Assembly (NCBI GenBank): GCA_030167865.1
Contig: JALAGF010006167.1
Span: 1 to 50,547 of the forward strand
DNA length: 50,547 bases
Source: Craspedostauros australis
Lineage: Eukaryota
Direction of reading: 5' to 3'
Part shown: positions 12,856 to 26,388 of the stretch, piece after piece
Position numbering within the stretch: the first letter of the stretch is position 1
Layout of the letters: each line of letters opens with the position of its first letter
Made by a program: the position numbers and the translations under genes
Notes under the pieces: generated by a model
Seen by the model: only the letters and a program-made list of their open reading frames with translations
Told to the model about the DNA's origin: nothing
Database searches by the model: none

Positions 12856-15775
12856 CGTGGTCCTTCGGCGATTACTTCAAGGAGGAGGCCATCGACATGG
12901 CGTGGGATCTGCTCACCAACGTCTACAAGCTCGATCCCGAGCGCATCTACGCCACCTACTTTCAGGGCGATGACAATGTCGACGAAGATCTCGAGGCGCG
13001 CAGCTATTGGCTCAAGTACCTGCCGGAGGAGCGGGTCATTGGCTGCGATGCTGCCGACAACTTTTGGGAGGTGCGTGCGGTCACGTCATTTGGCATTGTG
13101 TTGTGTTCTGTTGTGTTGGAATTGATTTATCGCAATACATTCTATACGATTGGCAGTGGATGTGTGTTCTGTCATTTCATTGGATTGTGTTGAATGGCAT
13201 TGAATAGGATTCATTTATGTTCTGCTGCACACTTCAATCGGATCATTGCAACATGCCGAATTTGTTGTAATTGGTTGTGCATGTCGTGGATATGGATATG
13301 CATTGCGGATCAATGCAAGCACGAGAATGGACAAGACTGCTCTGCGAAAAATAACCCGACTCAAGCCCATCATTCAGCTTTGATTCCCATCGACAATTTC
13401 CACATGTTGCAACCCCACTCTACACACCATGCATTGCACAGATGGGCGACACTGGCCCGTGCGGACCATGCAGCGAGATCCACTTCGATCGCATCGGCAA
13501 CCGTGACGCCGCTGACCTCGTCAACGCCGACGACCCTGATGTCATCGAGATATGGAACATCGTCTTCGTGCAGTACAACCGCGATGAGAAGGGCCTCAAC
13601 TCGTTGCCGCAAAAGCACATCGACACGGGCATGGGATTGGAACGTCTCGTCAGCATCCTGCAGAACCATAACTCCAATTACGACATCGACGCCTTCCAGC
13701 CATTGTTCGAAAAGATGGCGGAGCATTCCAAGATCGGCACGTACGGCGGCCTCGTAGGTGACGACGACACGCAACTACGTGACACTGCCTACCGCGCCAT
13801 CGCCGATCACGCACGCACACTCTGCTTCGCTATTGCGGACGGCGCCGTGCCCAGCAACGAAGGTCGTGGTTACGTTCTGCGGCGTGTGCTGCGTCGTGCC
13901 ACGCGCTACGGACAGCAGATCCTCAAGGCCGAACCGGGATTCTTCCAGACCCTCATCCCCGTCGTCCTCGACACCTTCGGCGATGCCTATCCCGAACTGC
14001 GCGCCAACGAGGCCAAGATCACGGAAATCATCCAGGAGGAGGAGGCGGCATTCTCCACCATGCTCGATCGCGGCATCAAATTCTTCACGGAACTCGAATC
14101 CGATGTCAAGGAGGCCGGCGGCAATCAGGTCACGGGTGACAAGGCATTCTACCTGTACGACACCCTGGGTTTCCCCTTCGATCTCACCGAGCTCATGGCC
14201 GAGGAGGCTGGCATGACCGTCGACTCGCAGGGCTTCACAGATGAGATGGAGGCGCAGAAGCAACGTTCGCGTGCTGCACGCAACGCGGCCAAGTCGGGCG
14301 GCGCACCGCAGCTCGAGCTCGTTGCCGAGCAGACAGCACAACTCACCAACGATGGTGTGCTGGCCACCGACGATGGCTTCAAGTTCAAGTGGGATACGGA
14401 GCTCCCCGGCAGCGTCATGGCGGTCTACACCGCCGACGGATTTCTGAAGGAGGGCGAGACCGCCGAGGCTGGAGATTACGTGGGACTCGTGCTCGACAAG
14501 TCCAGCTTCTACGCCGAGGCTGGTGGGCAGGAGGCCGACACGGGAGTGCTGCGATTGGTTGATGACAATGGAGATGCGATTGGCAACTTCGAGGTGCAGG
14601 ACGTGCAATCCTACGGGGGATTCCTCCTGCACAAGGGCACTGTGGAAAGCGGCAGCTTCAGCGTCGGCGGCGTCGTGAATTGCAGAGTCGATTACGACCG
14701 TCGTCGACAGATCGCGCCCAACCATTCCATGACGCACGTCCTCAACGCCGCCTTGCGCGACGTCCTGGGGGAAGATGTCGATCAGCGTGGCAGTCTTTGC
14801 AACGAGGAGAAACTGCGATTCGATTTCAGCCACAAGAAGGCCATGACCGCCAAGCAGCTGAAGCGCACGGAGGAGATCTGCCAGCAGGTCGTGGCCAACG
14901 CGGAGGCGGTGTCGGCGAAGACCATGGCGCTGGCCGATGCGCAGGCCATCGACGGCGTGCGTGCCGTGTTTGGAGAAGTGTACCCCGATCCGGTGCGCGT
15001 CGTGTCGGTCGGCGATGATACTTCCGTCGAGTTTTGCGGCGGCACGCACATCTCCAACACCGCCGAAGCCGAGGCGTTTGTCGTGGTCGAAGAGACCGCC
15101 GTCGCCAAGGGCATCCGCCGCATCACGGCCGTCACCAGAGACGCGGCCAAGCAGGCCATGGAGGAAGGTGAGACTTTCGTATCGAAGGTGGCGGAAGCAG
15201 AGACGCTGGATGCCAAGACCGACGGACTGGACAAGCAGGCCGGTGCGATCCGCAAGGAGCTCGATGAGGCCTTCGTGTCGGCGCCGCTCAAGGCCGAGCT
15301 GCGCGCCAGAATAGAGCAGATCCAGAAGAAGGCCAGCGAAGCCAAGAAGGCGGCGCTTGCTCAGCGGGTGGACATTTGCCTGAACGAAGTCAAGGAGGAC
15401 ATTGCAGCTGCATTGGAGGACGGCAGGAATTCGCTGGCGCTGAACGTCGACATCGGAGCCGACTCGAAGGCATCCCAAAAGATCCTCAACGCCGTGAAGA
15501 AGGCCGCGCCGGAGATGGCCTTCATTGGAATCAGCGAGGAGGAGGCGGGAAGCGGGGGCAAGGTCCTCGCATTTGCCGTGGTGCCACCAGCGTTGGTGGA
15601 AACGGGTTTCAAGGCCGATGATTGGATCCGCGCCACGCTTGAGACCTGCGGTGGACGCGGAGGAGGCAAGCCAGGCAACGCCCAGGGGCAGGCCAAGGAA
15701 TGCGACGATGTCGACGCAGTGATGGCAGCCGCCAAGGCATTCGCAGATGAGAAATCGACAGCGCAAGCATCTTAG
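12315..15775 (+). CDS. AARS: Alanine--tRNA ligase (eukaryotic type) with N-terminal organellar presequence; exons 12315-13070 and 13442-15775
   Basis: [67 protein letters not shown], editing motifs NHSMTH and EFCGGTH, and C-Ala GGRGGGKP. Phase-0 intron 13071-13441 (GTGCGT...CAG). Confidence 0.97.
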
Positions 15776-16422
15776 GTGCTAAGCGCGTAGAACGGTAGTG
15801 CTCATACTCAGTATTTTGCCATTCATTGTTAGTTTGTTATTTAACAGTACAATGGGATTGCCCAACTTCCATGGAGCACTCTCTAATTGACACTGTGAAA
15901 GGAGCGCCTCAAGTTGTTGGAGCACCATAACGAACTACCAGTGCTACAAGGTAACTCCACGCTGGTTCTGAGATGCAAGCTAACTCCCGCGCTCGCCAAA
16001 GAGGCATCTCCACGATCGTGTCCGAGATCGTGCCCAAGATCGTGGACTTCTTCGGACAGACACAAACAAGATCGAAATGCGTAACAAAGAGGAACGTGGA
16101 ACACCACGATGGTGCTTTGGTCTGAGTGCGACAACGACAATATCGAGCATCGCATGAGATTCCTCTTCATGAGATTCGTTGGTTGACTATGGAAGCGATG
16201 GCCATGGATGATCATGCCGTGGCTCACAGCGCGGCGTGTCAAAGTACGAGTCGGAGCCCGATCTTTGCCAGAAAACCCGAAACCCATGGCGGATCTCGCT
16301 TCACGGAGGAACTCAACGATGGCCTCACCGTGAATCCCAACGAAGTCTCATCCAACCGCATCTCACAAACATCAAGGGCAGAAGACGTACATCGCAGACC
16401 ATCATCATTCAGAATACCGAGC

Positions 16423-18841
16423 ATGTCCAACAATCAAGAAGAAGAGTGAGTTGAAATGCTTCTGTTTGTGTTTCGTAGTTATCTGAGGTCGGATTGGATT
16501 GAATGGATTTGTCACATCTGAGTTTGTGCGACTGCGACTATGAGTCACCTACTCGTACTTCTCACTTTCATCGGTGCTTTCCTTCTCTGGTCCAATTCAA
16601 CCTCGACTTCCCAACCATACATCTCTTTCGTCGCAATGGAATCAATGTACCATACGCAGTGACGAGGCTGTCTGTGAGTGGATCAGACAGGTGGAAGGTG
16701 CATGCAGCGATGGTAACTTGACAGAGGTTCAAGATCTGGTTGAATCGTATGCGGACGGAGCGGTCATCCCTTCCAATACGGTAGACGAGGACGGCGAAAC
16801 TGCGTTTCATCATGCCTGTTCTCATGGAACCAGGGAGATCGTGAAGTATCTGGTGGAGTCTGACCGAATCGATGTGGATGTCAATCTCCAGGACGAGCAT
16901 GGGTACACGCCATTCCATCATGCATGTGAGATTGGAGACGAGAGCATCGTTGAGTACTTGGTGGAATCGAAGGAAATCGATGTGGATGTCAACATCAAAT
17001 CCAACATTGGTCAAACACCACTCTACCTTGCTTGCTTGAGTGGACGCAAAGCCCTTGTTGGGTATCTGATGGAATCCGATCGAATCGACGTGGATGTCAA
17101 TATCAAAGACGGCAACGGCGAGACAGCGCTTCATGGTGCCTGCAAACACGACAACGCTGAGACCGCGAAGTACTTATCGGAATCTGGCCGAGTGTCCATC
17201 ACCATGGAAGCCAATGACGGTTCCACATTGATTCATTACGCATGCTGGAGCAGACGACCCGACATACTGGAATACTTGGTGCAATCGAGTCATATCAACG
17301 TTGACGCTTACATCAACAAACAGGACAAAGAAGGTTACACGCCTTTGCATGTCGCATGTATGTCAAGTCACATCGATGTAGTCAGATACATGATGGAGTC
17401 GGATGAGATTGGTGTCGATATCGACGTCAACGTCCGAAACAACAATGGGGACACTCCACTACACAGCGCTTGTGACCGTGGAAACAAGGAAATCATCGCA
17501 TATCTGTTGGGTTTAGATGAACTCGATGTTCGTCCTGAGGTGATTGGACCAAACTGCGATGGCAATTCGCTGCTACATCTTGCTAGCCTATGGGGGACAA
17601 GAGATGCGATTGTGTGTCTGATGGAAACGGATCGTATCGATATCAACAGCATGCTTGGTATCAACGTCAACTGCAACAGCAATGCCAACGCTACCGCCAA
17701 TGGGAGCATTCAAAACAACGAAGGGAATACACCGCTTCATGTCATTCTCAGTGATTGGCCGGCCTTTGACGCGGTTGAGTATCTGATGAACCATGATCGC
17801 ATCCTCACCAACATCATGCTTCGCACCCAGAACAACGATAGTGATACGCCATTCCACCTTGTGTGCGGTCAACCATCACTGTCCAGGCGTGTCGTTTCGC
17901 ACTTGATGGACTTCAATGAGCTCAACATCAACAACGATGCTATTGGCACCCATGCAGACATCGACAACACCGACGACATCTTCAACATCCAAAACAATCA
18001 TGGGAATACGCCTCTCCACCTCGCTTGCTTCAAAGGGAGGCGAAGCTTCATCAAGGAATTGCTCCTGTCACGCAAGACCGATGCAAGCCTCAACATCCAA
18101 AACAAACATGGTGACACACCCCTTCACATTGCGTTCAACAGGGGCATGTTCTTCACCTTCAATCACACCGCCAGGCTTCATCACGTCTTCGATTTCATCC
18201 AACATCAAATCATTCCCACAACCAACCTCATCCATCTCTCCAACAAGCACAGCCATGATGATGTTGGTGATGGTGATACCGTTGGTGATATGGAGATCAT
18301 GCAACGGTTGAGGGAGAATGCCACAGCAATCGCGAACATTCAGAATCATGATGGCATCACGCTCCTCCATCTCGCATGCGAGAAGGGTGATGTTTCCGTC
18401 CTTCGGGATCTGATCGGATGTGACTCAGTGGATGCCACGTTGCGAAACAGCAGCGGCGATACAGCATTGCACTGTATTTGCAAAGGAGCAGATAGAAATG
18501 TATCTGAGCATGAGTGTGAGAGCGAAAGCGAAAGCGAAAATGAAAGTGAGAGCGAAAGCGAAAGCGAAAGTGAGAGCGAGAGCGATGATCACAAGATTCG
18601 AGCTGAGAAGATGAAACTGTTGGTCGAATCGAACAACGTGGATGTGGATGTGAACATAGCAAACGAGGAGGGAGATACAGTGCTGCACTGTGCTGTGAAA
18701 GGCGAGTATTTGGAAGTGGTTGGGTATCTGATGACGTTGAAGATGATCGATCCGCACATGCAGAACAAGAGTGGTGACACGCCGTTGCAATGTGCACAAG
18801 AGAAAGGTCGCGATGGGAGGATGTTGGCATTGTTTGAATAG
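16423..18841 (+). CDS. Ankyrin-repeat protein, paralog A; exons 16423-16445 and 16660-18841
   Basis: Many G-x-T-P/A-L-H-x-A-C repeats. Micro-exon ATGTCCAACAATCAAGAAGAAGA|GTGAGT and acceptor CATACGCAG|T give MSNNQEED-DEAVCEW in frame. An in-frame upstream ATG at 16189 is an alternative start. Confidence 0.88.
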
Positions 18842-19966
18842 ATGGTCGGTCCTGCCAATGGGTAGTGACGATGATGATGGCAAAGGCGACCAGGCTGGGA
18901 CTGCAGAGATGAAGGTGTTGAGCAGGAAGAGGCGAATTGGGGACTTGAAATACTGCCCATGAGAAATATGCCAAGCTCCAAATGAGAGATGGAAGAGGCC
19001 TGATGAGATTCATCACACTTCAACTACTCCATTAGAATAATATGAAGTATGGTCCATTGTAAGATGGTAACGAATGGTAAGAATTGCAACACTATTGTGG
19101 AATGCCGCACATCCAATTTGATCTGATTTGAGTGCTCTCATCCATCTCCAATCAGCTCATTCGCACGCTGTGTGCCATCGTTTCTTTGTCGGCTGAGTGA
19201 GGTCCTCTCATGGCTCCTGCTTCTGTCACGCGGAGGGGATTGAGATCCATTTACCATCCCTCTCTGGTGCCCACATGATGTCCACGATGTCCATGAGGGG
19301 GCATGTGTTATCAGGTATGCCGATTGACAATGACGATGGCGCAGAGGTGGATCTGGTTGCGTGCGCGGGTGCGGATGTGGATGCATTTCACAGTTGGAGT
19401 GGTACAAGTAGCGTCTTGGGCACAAGCATCATGGCAGAACCAAGAGTTGGCCTTCAGCCATCCTTGAATCTTTGATGGTGTCCATGTTGATGCTGATGTC
19501 CAACGATCTGGATAACATTCAAGTTGGTCATGAAACAGACACCAAAGATACCGCCACAGGTTGGCCATGGAAGCGATGGCTGTCCACGACTTTGTCATGG
19601 CTCACCGCCTCTCTCTTCCATGATGTGGGATGGCATGGGATGGTGTGGTATTTCATTTCGTTTCATGTCGTTGGGCGTCATGCTGACATGAAACTGGAGA
19701 TTTGTGACGGATGTAGACGTGAATCCCAACGCAGTCACCTGCACCTACGTCTCGAAAGCCTCGCTTGCCAACTTCGTCCTGCCTTGGTGGTTGGGTTGCC
19801 TCCACGATCTTGAGGGACCAGAGAAGAGTATGTGTGGCCAGCACTGCAAGCGTGCCCGCGAACCTCATTGTGGAGAGGACCACATGTGATAGTCGTACGT
19901 GTGAGTGCCCTCGCTCCTCTGTCAAGTATTGTGGAGGAATTCAGTATTGTGATATCATACATGCGT

Positions 19967-22886
19967 TTAGAACTTCGCCGGACCTCTGGCGGTGGCAAGC
20001 TTCTTGCCCTTTGAGATTGGTTGGATGATCTTGCCAGATCGCTTGAGGATTTCCGGTCGCGTCATGTCCTTGACGGAGCTTCCCACGTTCCATTCCCTGC
20101 CCATGCCGCCTGCCATGGCCAGCTCGTATTCCTCGCGAGATTTGTACGGGAAAGGGACGTCGCCCAGCATGAAGGCGTTGGCCGTCTTCTTCATTCGTTT
20201 CTCGTTGATGATGACGTTGGAGCGTGTTTGTTTGTGTGTTTGTTTGCGTTTGCGAGAATCGCTGCCGTCCAGCATGGAGGACAATGCGGCAGATTTCTTG
20301 TTGCCGCCACGCTTCTTGTTTCGCTTGGATTTGGAGGCAGGTGGGGGCGGTGGCATCTTCACGCCGTCGCCAGTCCAGGATCCCCAACCGCGTGAGTTGG
20401 TGAGCTTGGCATCCCTCTTGTCGATTGNNNNNNNNNNNNNNNNNNNNNNNNNNNNNNNNNNNNNNNNNNNNNNNNNNGCCTGCCATGGCCAGCTCGTATT
20501 CCTCGCGAGATTTGTACGGGAAAGGGACGTCGCCCAGCATGAAGGCGTTGGCCGTCTTCTTCATTCGTTTCTCGTTGATGATGACGTTGGAGCGTGTTTG
20601 TTTGTGTGTTTGTTTGCGTTTGCGAGAATCGCTGCCGTCCAGCATGGAGGACAATGCGGCAGATTTCTTGTTGCCGCCACGCTTCTTGTTTCGCTTGGAT
20701 TTGGAGGCAGGTGGGGGCGGTGGCATCTTCACGCCGTCGCCAGTCCAGGATCCCCAACCGCGTGAGTTGGTGAGCTTGGCATCCCTCTTGTCGATTGCCT
20801 TGCGGGTGGGATCATTGCGCTGCTCCATTTCCTCCCGCTCGGCCTCGAACTCTGCCACTGCCTCGTCCTGCGGCGCCGTGACGAAGGCCTGCCGGACGAG
20901 CTCAACTTGTGTCATGTCGGCAATCGATTTCGCTGTCGTTGATTGCGTCTGCGATTTGCCATGCTTGGATGGGTTTGGATCGACCGTTGCATTGCCGTCC
21001 TTGTTGTCGTCGTCATGATGTACGTTGTTTTGGTCAGCATCAATAGCCGGCACTGCAGTTGGCTTGCGTTGCTTGTCGTTGGCGCCACTTCCCATGGTCG
21101 TGGCTGCCGTGATGGATGCCATTGCACGTGCAGCAACTTTGCTGGACGTCGAGTTGCTGACACTCGTGTCAGCATTCATCCAGGGATTCTCCTTCTCGTC
21201 ACCACCGCTGGCACCGTCCTTGTGGTTGTGTTCTATTGGTGGTGTGGATCTGTTGTTCGCGTCCTTCTTCTGTTGCTTCTTTGGTTTGTTGACGTTGCCG
21301 TTTTTGCCTTTCGCTGCGGCTGTCCCGCTGTTGCCGACCGTAGATGTTGTTGCGGCAGTGATCTCGAAGACGGCCCCATCTTCCGAATGCGATGGTTTCT
21401 TCTCACCGGACTGTGACGACGACGACGGCGGCGGCGACGAGGACTTTGGTTTCTGTGAGGCTTCTTCGACATCGTCAACATCGCTACCATCATGGTCGTC
21501 ATGATGGTCATCACCACCTCCAAAGTCACTGTTGGTGTCATCAAAGTCATCCCTATCACATGCAGCGCCTTCCTGCAGTTCCTGAAGCAGCTCCCTGGCC
21601 TCCAACTGTGCCTTCTCACGTTGTTTCTGCAAACCTTCTTGCATGAAGGATAGCTTGAAGAGTCCCTTGTTCTTGCTGGATATGGCGCTGTCCACATCGT
21701 GATTCTCAATTTCGGGCAGCGTCCGCTTGGCCGCTACGATCAGCCCGTCTTCGTCCATGCTGCCATCATCATCATCATCGTCGTCACCGTCGCTGCCATC
21801 CTTGCCGATCATCTTGTTCCGGAGTTCATCGCCGCGCTTGAGCTGTGCCGACAGAGCACGGCGTGTGGCCAGATCCACGTTCTTGCCACGCTTGAGAATG
21901 CGCTTGGCCCACTTGCTGGTGTTCTTGTGTGCCAAGATGAGGTGTTCCCGGATGCGCTCCATCTCCTCCTTCTCCTGCAGCTCCAACTCGAGCTGCGGGT
22001 TGATCTCGATGGCCGCCTCCATGTCCTTCTCCTTTTGGCGTTCGCGCTGGCGCTTGCGGATGCGGCGGTAGGTCTTGGATTTGATCTTCTTCATGTACTG
22101 ATGCTTCTGTTCCTGGTAGGACAGCAAGGCGCGGACCTGCGCCAGCTGAGCGTGGCGGTGCTTGTATTCCTCCATGGTGATCTCATTTCGTCCAAGATCG
22201 TCGTCAGCATCAGCGTCGTTGTCATCAAAGCCATCGCCTCCTCCTTTGCCGGCCTTACCTTCAGCAACCTCCTGCTGCTTTGCCTGCTCCTCCAGGGCCT
22301 GCTCCAGCTCGCGTTCAAAGTCGTTGGACGCTTCGAACTTGTCGACGAAGGTGTCCTTCGTGGCGCTGGTTTCGGCACGATGCGCACCCGTGTTGTCCTT
22401 GAAGTCCAAGGTCTCCGCCTTGCGGTTGGTCTGGATGGCCTGCGTCCAGCCACCCATCTCCTTCTTTTGCTGTCCGTAGGCCTCCTTGCGCTGCAGACGG
22501 TTGGCCTTGACGCGCGCCATGGGAGCGAGGGTGGTCTGCACGGCGCTGCTGCGACTGTCGGCGGCCATGGTCTTTTGCAGATCGGAAAAGCCCTTCGTGT
22601 CCTGCAGGCCTGCCATGAGGTGGTCCAGCGTGAGCTTGGAGGATGTCTTGGCTGCGGCGTTGTCACCGGATGCCACATCCATGAGCTGCTGTCCGATGAA
22701 GGTGGAGAATTCGGATTCTGGAACTTGGGACATGTGTTTGTACGCAGAGTGTTTGGAGGCTTGTATCATCTCCGTTGATGCCACGCTGTTTGTAAAACTG
22801 ATTGATGTACTCGTTGTCGATTGCTCTCCAATATGGCGCGCTACGGTGAAGTGCGCTGCTGTCGTCGGCCAGTTGTTTCTGTACAT
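19967..22886 (-). CDS. UTP14: U3 snoRNA-associated protein 14 (Utp14), divergent; start uncertain; interrupted by an assembly artefact
   Basis: VPESEF, W...IQTNRKAETLDF, KKIKSKTYRRI, AHKNTSKWAKR, GWGSWTG, NVIINEKRMKK and VPFPYKSREEYE..M...GREWN. The true C-terminus is in ORF 19967..20362 once the duplicated 320 bp is collapsed. Confidence 0.88.
20108..20797. other. Assembly gap (50 N, 20428-20477) flanked by an identical 320-bp duplication
   Basis: 20108-20427 equals 20478-20797 by eye; both run gcctgccatggcc...ctcttgtcgattg. Confidence 0.93.
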
Positions 22887-23377
22887 CCAAACTGGTGCTC
22901 ATCCTCATTTCGTCATTCCAAGTCCATCTTCTTTTAGTTGCATTGATGCATCTCCCGCTTCCATCGTTCCATGAATGAGTGGATCATGCGCCTGGGGTGA
23001 TGGTGCGCCATCCTCTTCTCCCACAGAACGTCGCTGTGCACGAATTCGCGTGGAAGTTGCACATCTGAATCGATCTGCTTGTGTCCTTCCTCTGTTGTTA
23101 GCTCGGAGTCGCAGGAGGATGCCGCCTGCATGGATAATCACACCGAAACCCGAAGTTGACGGAGTTGTGCAGATCCATGTGTCTGGCTTGGCAACATTGC
23201 CAACAGTGCTGCTGCCGCTAAGGGGATGGAAACCGTTGGCCATTCCCTTGCGACCATCAAAGCCCGTGTTGCATGGCAGCAACATCATGATGCGCGTCAA
23301 CAATCCCAACCACCGACATGTCATTGCTCATTCGATTCATCCCTGTCTTGAATGGTTCCAGATGGTGACCGGATCTT

Positions 23378-23469
23378 TGAGTGGTTGAGTGGTTGAGTGG
23401 TTGAGTGATTGAGTGATTGGGCGGACAAGTATGCGTATGCGTATGCGTATGCGTATGCGTATGCGTATG
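23378..23469. repeat. Compound microsatellite: (GAGTGGTT)n then (TATGCG)n
   Basis: gagtggtt x3 plus variants, then tatgcg x6, read directly. Confidence 0.9.
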
Positions 23470-24028
23470 AAGACGGCAGAGATGGAGCGTGCAGCATGAA
23501 GTGAGCTTTAGATGGTGGTGACTGCGACCATTCGAATGGAGGTGGAGATGGAGATGTACATACGAGTTGAGAGTAAATGTGGGTGGTCAATGTGGGTCGA
23601 ACAGTGTCACTGACAGAAATCCTTCTTCTGTTTTGGATCTTTGTTGTTGATGTTCGGATTCTTCGGTGTCGAGAACTGACATGAAATGGTGGTTGTGCTT
23701 CTGATGATGTGACAATTCGGTTCTGTCATCTCCGTTCTCATCATGACACCAAAGATGAAGTGAGGAATGGTTGGTGATGTGGTGACACCCATGCGACCAA
23801 CATCAAGGCGGGTGGTTGTCGTGTGGCGTATGCGACAACACTCAGATCGCTCGTCATCTCGTCTCTGCTGTCAAAACAGCTCGCCACGCAGACAGGAAAC
23901 AGAAGACAATCATTGGTACGGGACGGTACACTCCTTGTCACAATCGGAGAGTGATTCATCCAATCGACGCCACCCACGCAACCAGCAGCATACAAAGGAT
24001 CAAAAGCATCACACGAACAACGATCAAC

Positions 24029-26388
24029 ATGTCCAGCGGTCAATTGGAAGCGTGAGTTGTCTTGGTTTGGTTTGGATTGGCTTGGCTTGGTTTGGCTGGA
24101 TCTCTGGAGAGGCATGCACAAATGCGACTACGCGTATGAGCCTCCTTGTTGTACTATTATGATAGTCCTTGTCACTCACACTGGTGCTGATGCTGGTGCT
24201 GGTGCTTTCCTTCTCTGGTCCAATTCAACCTCGACTTCCCAACCATATGTCTCTTTCGTCACAATGGAATCAATGTACCATACACAGTGACGAGGCCGTC
24301 TGTGAGTGGATCAGACAGGTGGACGGTGCATGCCGCGATGGTAATTTGACAGAGGTTCAAGATCTGGTTGAATCGTATGCGGACGGAGCAGTCATCCCTT
24401 CCAACACGGCAAACGAGCGCGGCGAAACTGCGTTTCATCATGCATGTTCTCATGGAACCAGGGAGATCGTGAAGTATCTGGTGGAGTCTGATCGAATCAA
24501 CGTGGACGCCAATCTCCAAATCAACCAAGGGTACACGCCATTTCATTATGCATGCCGGTCTGGACACAAGAGCATCGTTGAATACTTGGTGGAATCGAAG
24601 GAAATCGATGTGGATGTCAACATCAAAGACTGCATTGGTCAAACACCATTCTACCTTGCCTGCGCGCATGGACGCAAAGCCATTGTTGAGTATCTGATGG
24701 AGTCTGATCGAATCGACGCGGATGTCAATATCAAAGACGACGACGGCCAGACAGCACTTCATCTTGCCTGCGAACACAACAACGCTGAGACCGCGAAGTA
24801 TTTATTGGAATCCGGCCGAGTGTCCATCACCATGGAAGGCAATGGCGGCTCCACATTGATTTATCACGCATGTCAGAGCAGACGACCCGATGTGCTGGAA
24901 TACTTGGTGCAATCGAGTCATATCAACGTTGACGCTTACATCAACAAACAGGACAAGGAAGGTTACACGCCTTTGCATGTCGCATGTCTGTTCCGTTGCA
25001 TTGATGTAGTCAGATACATGATGGAGTCGGATGCGATTGGTGTCGATATCGACGTCAACGTGCGAAACAACAATGGGGACACTCCACTCCACAGCGCTTG
25101 TCGCCGCGGAAACAAGGAAATGATCGCATACTTGTTGGGTTTAGATGAACTCGATGTTCGTCCTGAGGTGATTGGACCAAACCACCGTGGTGATTCGCTG
25201 CTACATCTTATCTGCCTACAGGAGGCAAGAGATGCGATTGTGTGTCTGATGGAAACGGATCGTATCCATATCAACAGCATACTTGGTATCAACGGCAACT
25301 GCAACGACAATGGGAGCATGCAAAACAGCAAAGGGAATACACCGCTCCATGTCATTCTCAGACGTTGGGCGGAGTTGGATGCGATTGAGCATCTGATGAA
25401 CCATGATCGCATCCTCACTCGCGTCATGCTTCGCACGCAGAACAACAATGGTGATACGCCATTCCACCTTGCGTGTGGTCGTCCAACACTACCCGAGCGT
25501 GTCGTTTGGTACTTGATGGACTTCAACGAGTTCAACGACAACGATAATGGCATCCATACAGACATCGACGACATCTTCAACATCCAAAACAACCATGGGA
25601 ATACGCCTCTCCACCTCGCTTGCTTCAAAGGGAGGCGAAGTTTCATCAAGGAATTGCTACAGTCACGCAAGACAGATGCAAGCCTCAACATCCAAAACAA
25701 AGATGGTGACACACCCCTTCACATTGTGTTCAACAGAGGCATGTTCTTCACCTTCAATCATGCCGCGAGGCTTCATCACGTCTTCGATTTCATCCAACAA
25801 CAAATCATTCCCACAACCAACCTCATCCATCTCTCCAACAAGCACGACCATGATGATATTGCTGATGGCGATACCGTTGGTGATGTGGACATCATGCAAC
25901 GGTTGAGGGAGAATGCCACAGCAATCGCGAACATTCAGAATCATGATGGCATCACGCTCCTCCATCTCGCATGCAAGAAGGGTGATGTTTCTGTCCTTCG
26001 GAATCTGATCGGATGTGACTCAGTGGATGCCACGTTGCAAAACAGCAGGGGCGATACAGCATTGCACTGTATTTGCAAAGGAGCAGATAGAAATGTATCT
26101 GAGGATGGGTGTGAAAGTGAGAGCGAGAGTGATGATCACAAGATGCGAGCTGAGAAGATGAAACTGTTGATCGAATCGAACAACGTGGACGTGGATGTGA
26201 ACATGGCGAACGATGAGGGAGATACAGTGCTGCACTGTGCTGTGAAAGGCGAGTATTTGGAAGTGGTTGAGTATCTGATGACGTTGGAGATGCTCGATCC
26301 GCACATGCAGAACAAGAGTGGTGATACGCCGTTGCAATGTGCACAAGAGGAAGGTCGCGATGGAAGAATGTTGGCATTGTTTGACTAG
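24029..26388 (+). CDS. Ankyrin-repeat protein, paralog B; exons 24029-24051 and 24288-26388
   Basis: Collinear with paralog A throughout. Micro-exon ATGTCCAGCGGTCAATTGGAAGC|GTGAGT and acceptor ATACACAG|T give MSSGQLEA-DEAVCEW in frame. Confidence 0.88.

Noticed and set aside
13775..15766. 663-aa minus-strand ORF, and similar long antisense ORFs over UTP14, the fusion gene, LOX and the 612-aa ORF
   Set aside because: Shadow frames of GC3-rich real genes; no motifs.
19941..20427. Novel C-terminal extension or tandem domain duplication in the 981-aa ORF
   Set aside because: Explained by the N gap and the duplicated overlap.
22890..23390. Protein-like short ORFs upstream of UTP14 (missing N-terminus or integrase relic)
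   Set aside because: Stops in the UTP14 frame and no convincing motif or splice sites.
24169..24287. Signal-peptide-like start (LTLVLMLVLVLSF) of ankyrin paralog B
   Set aside because: Lies inside the inferred intron, derives from a CTGGTG repeat, and is absent from paralog A.
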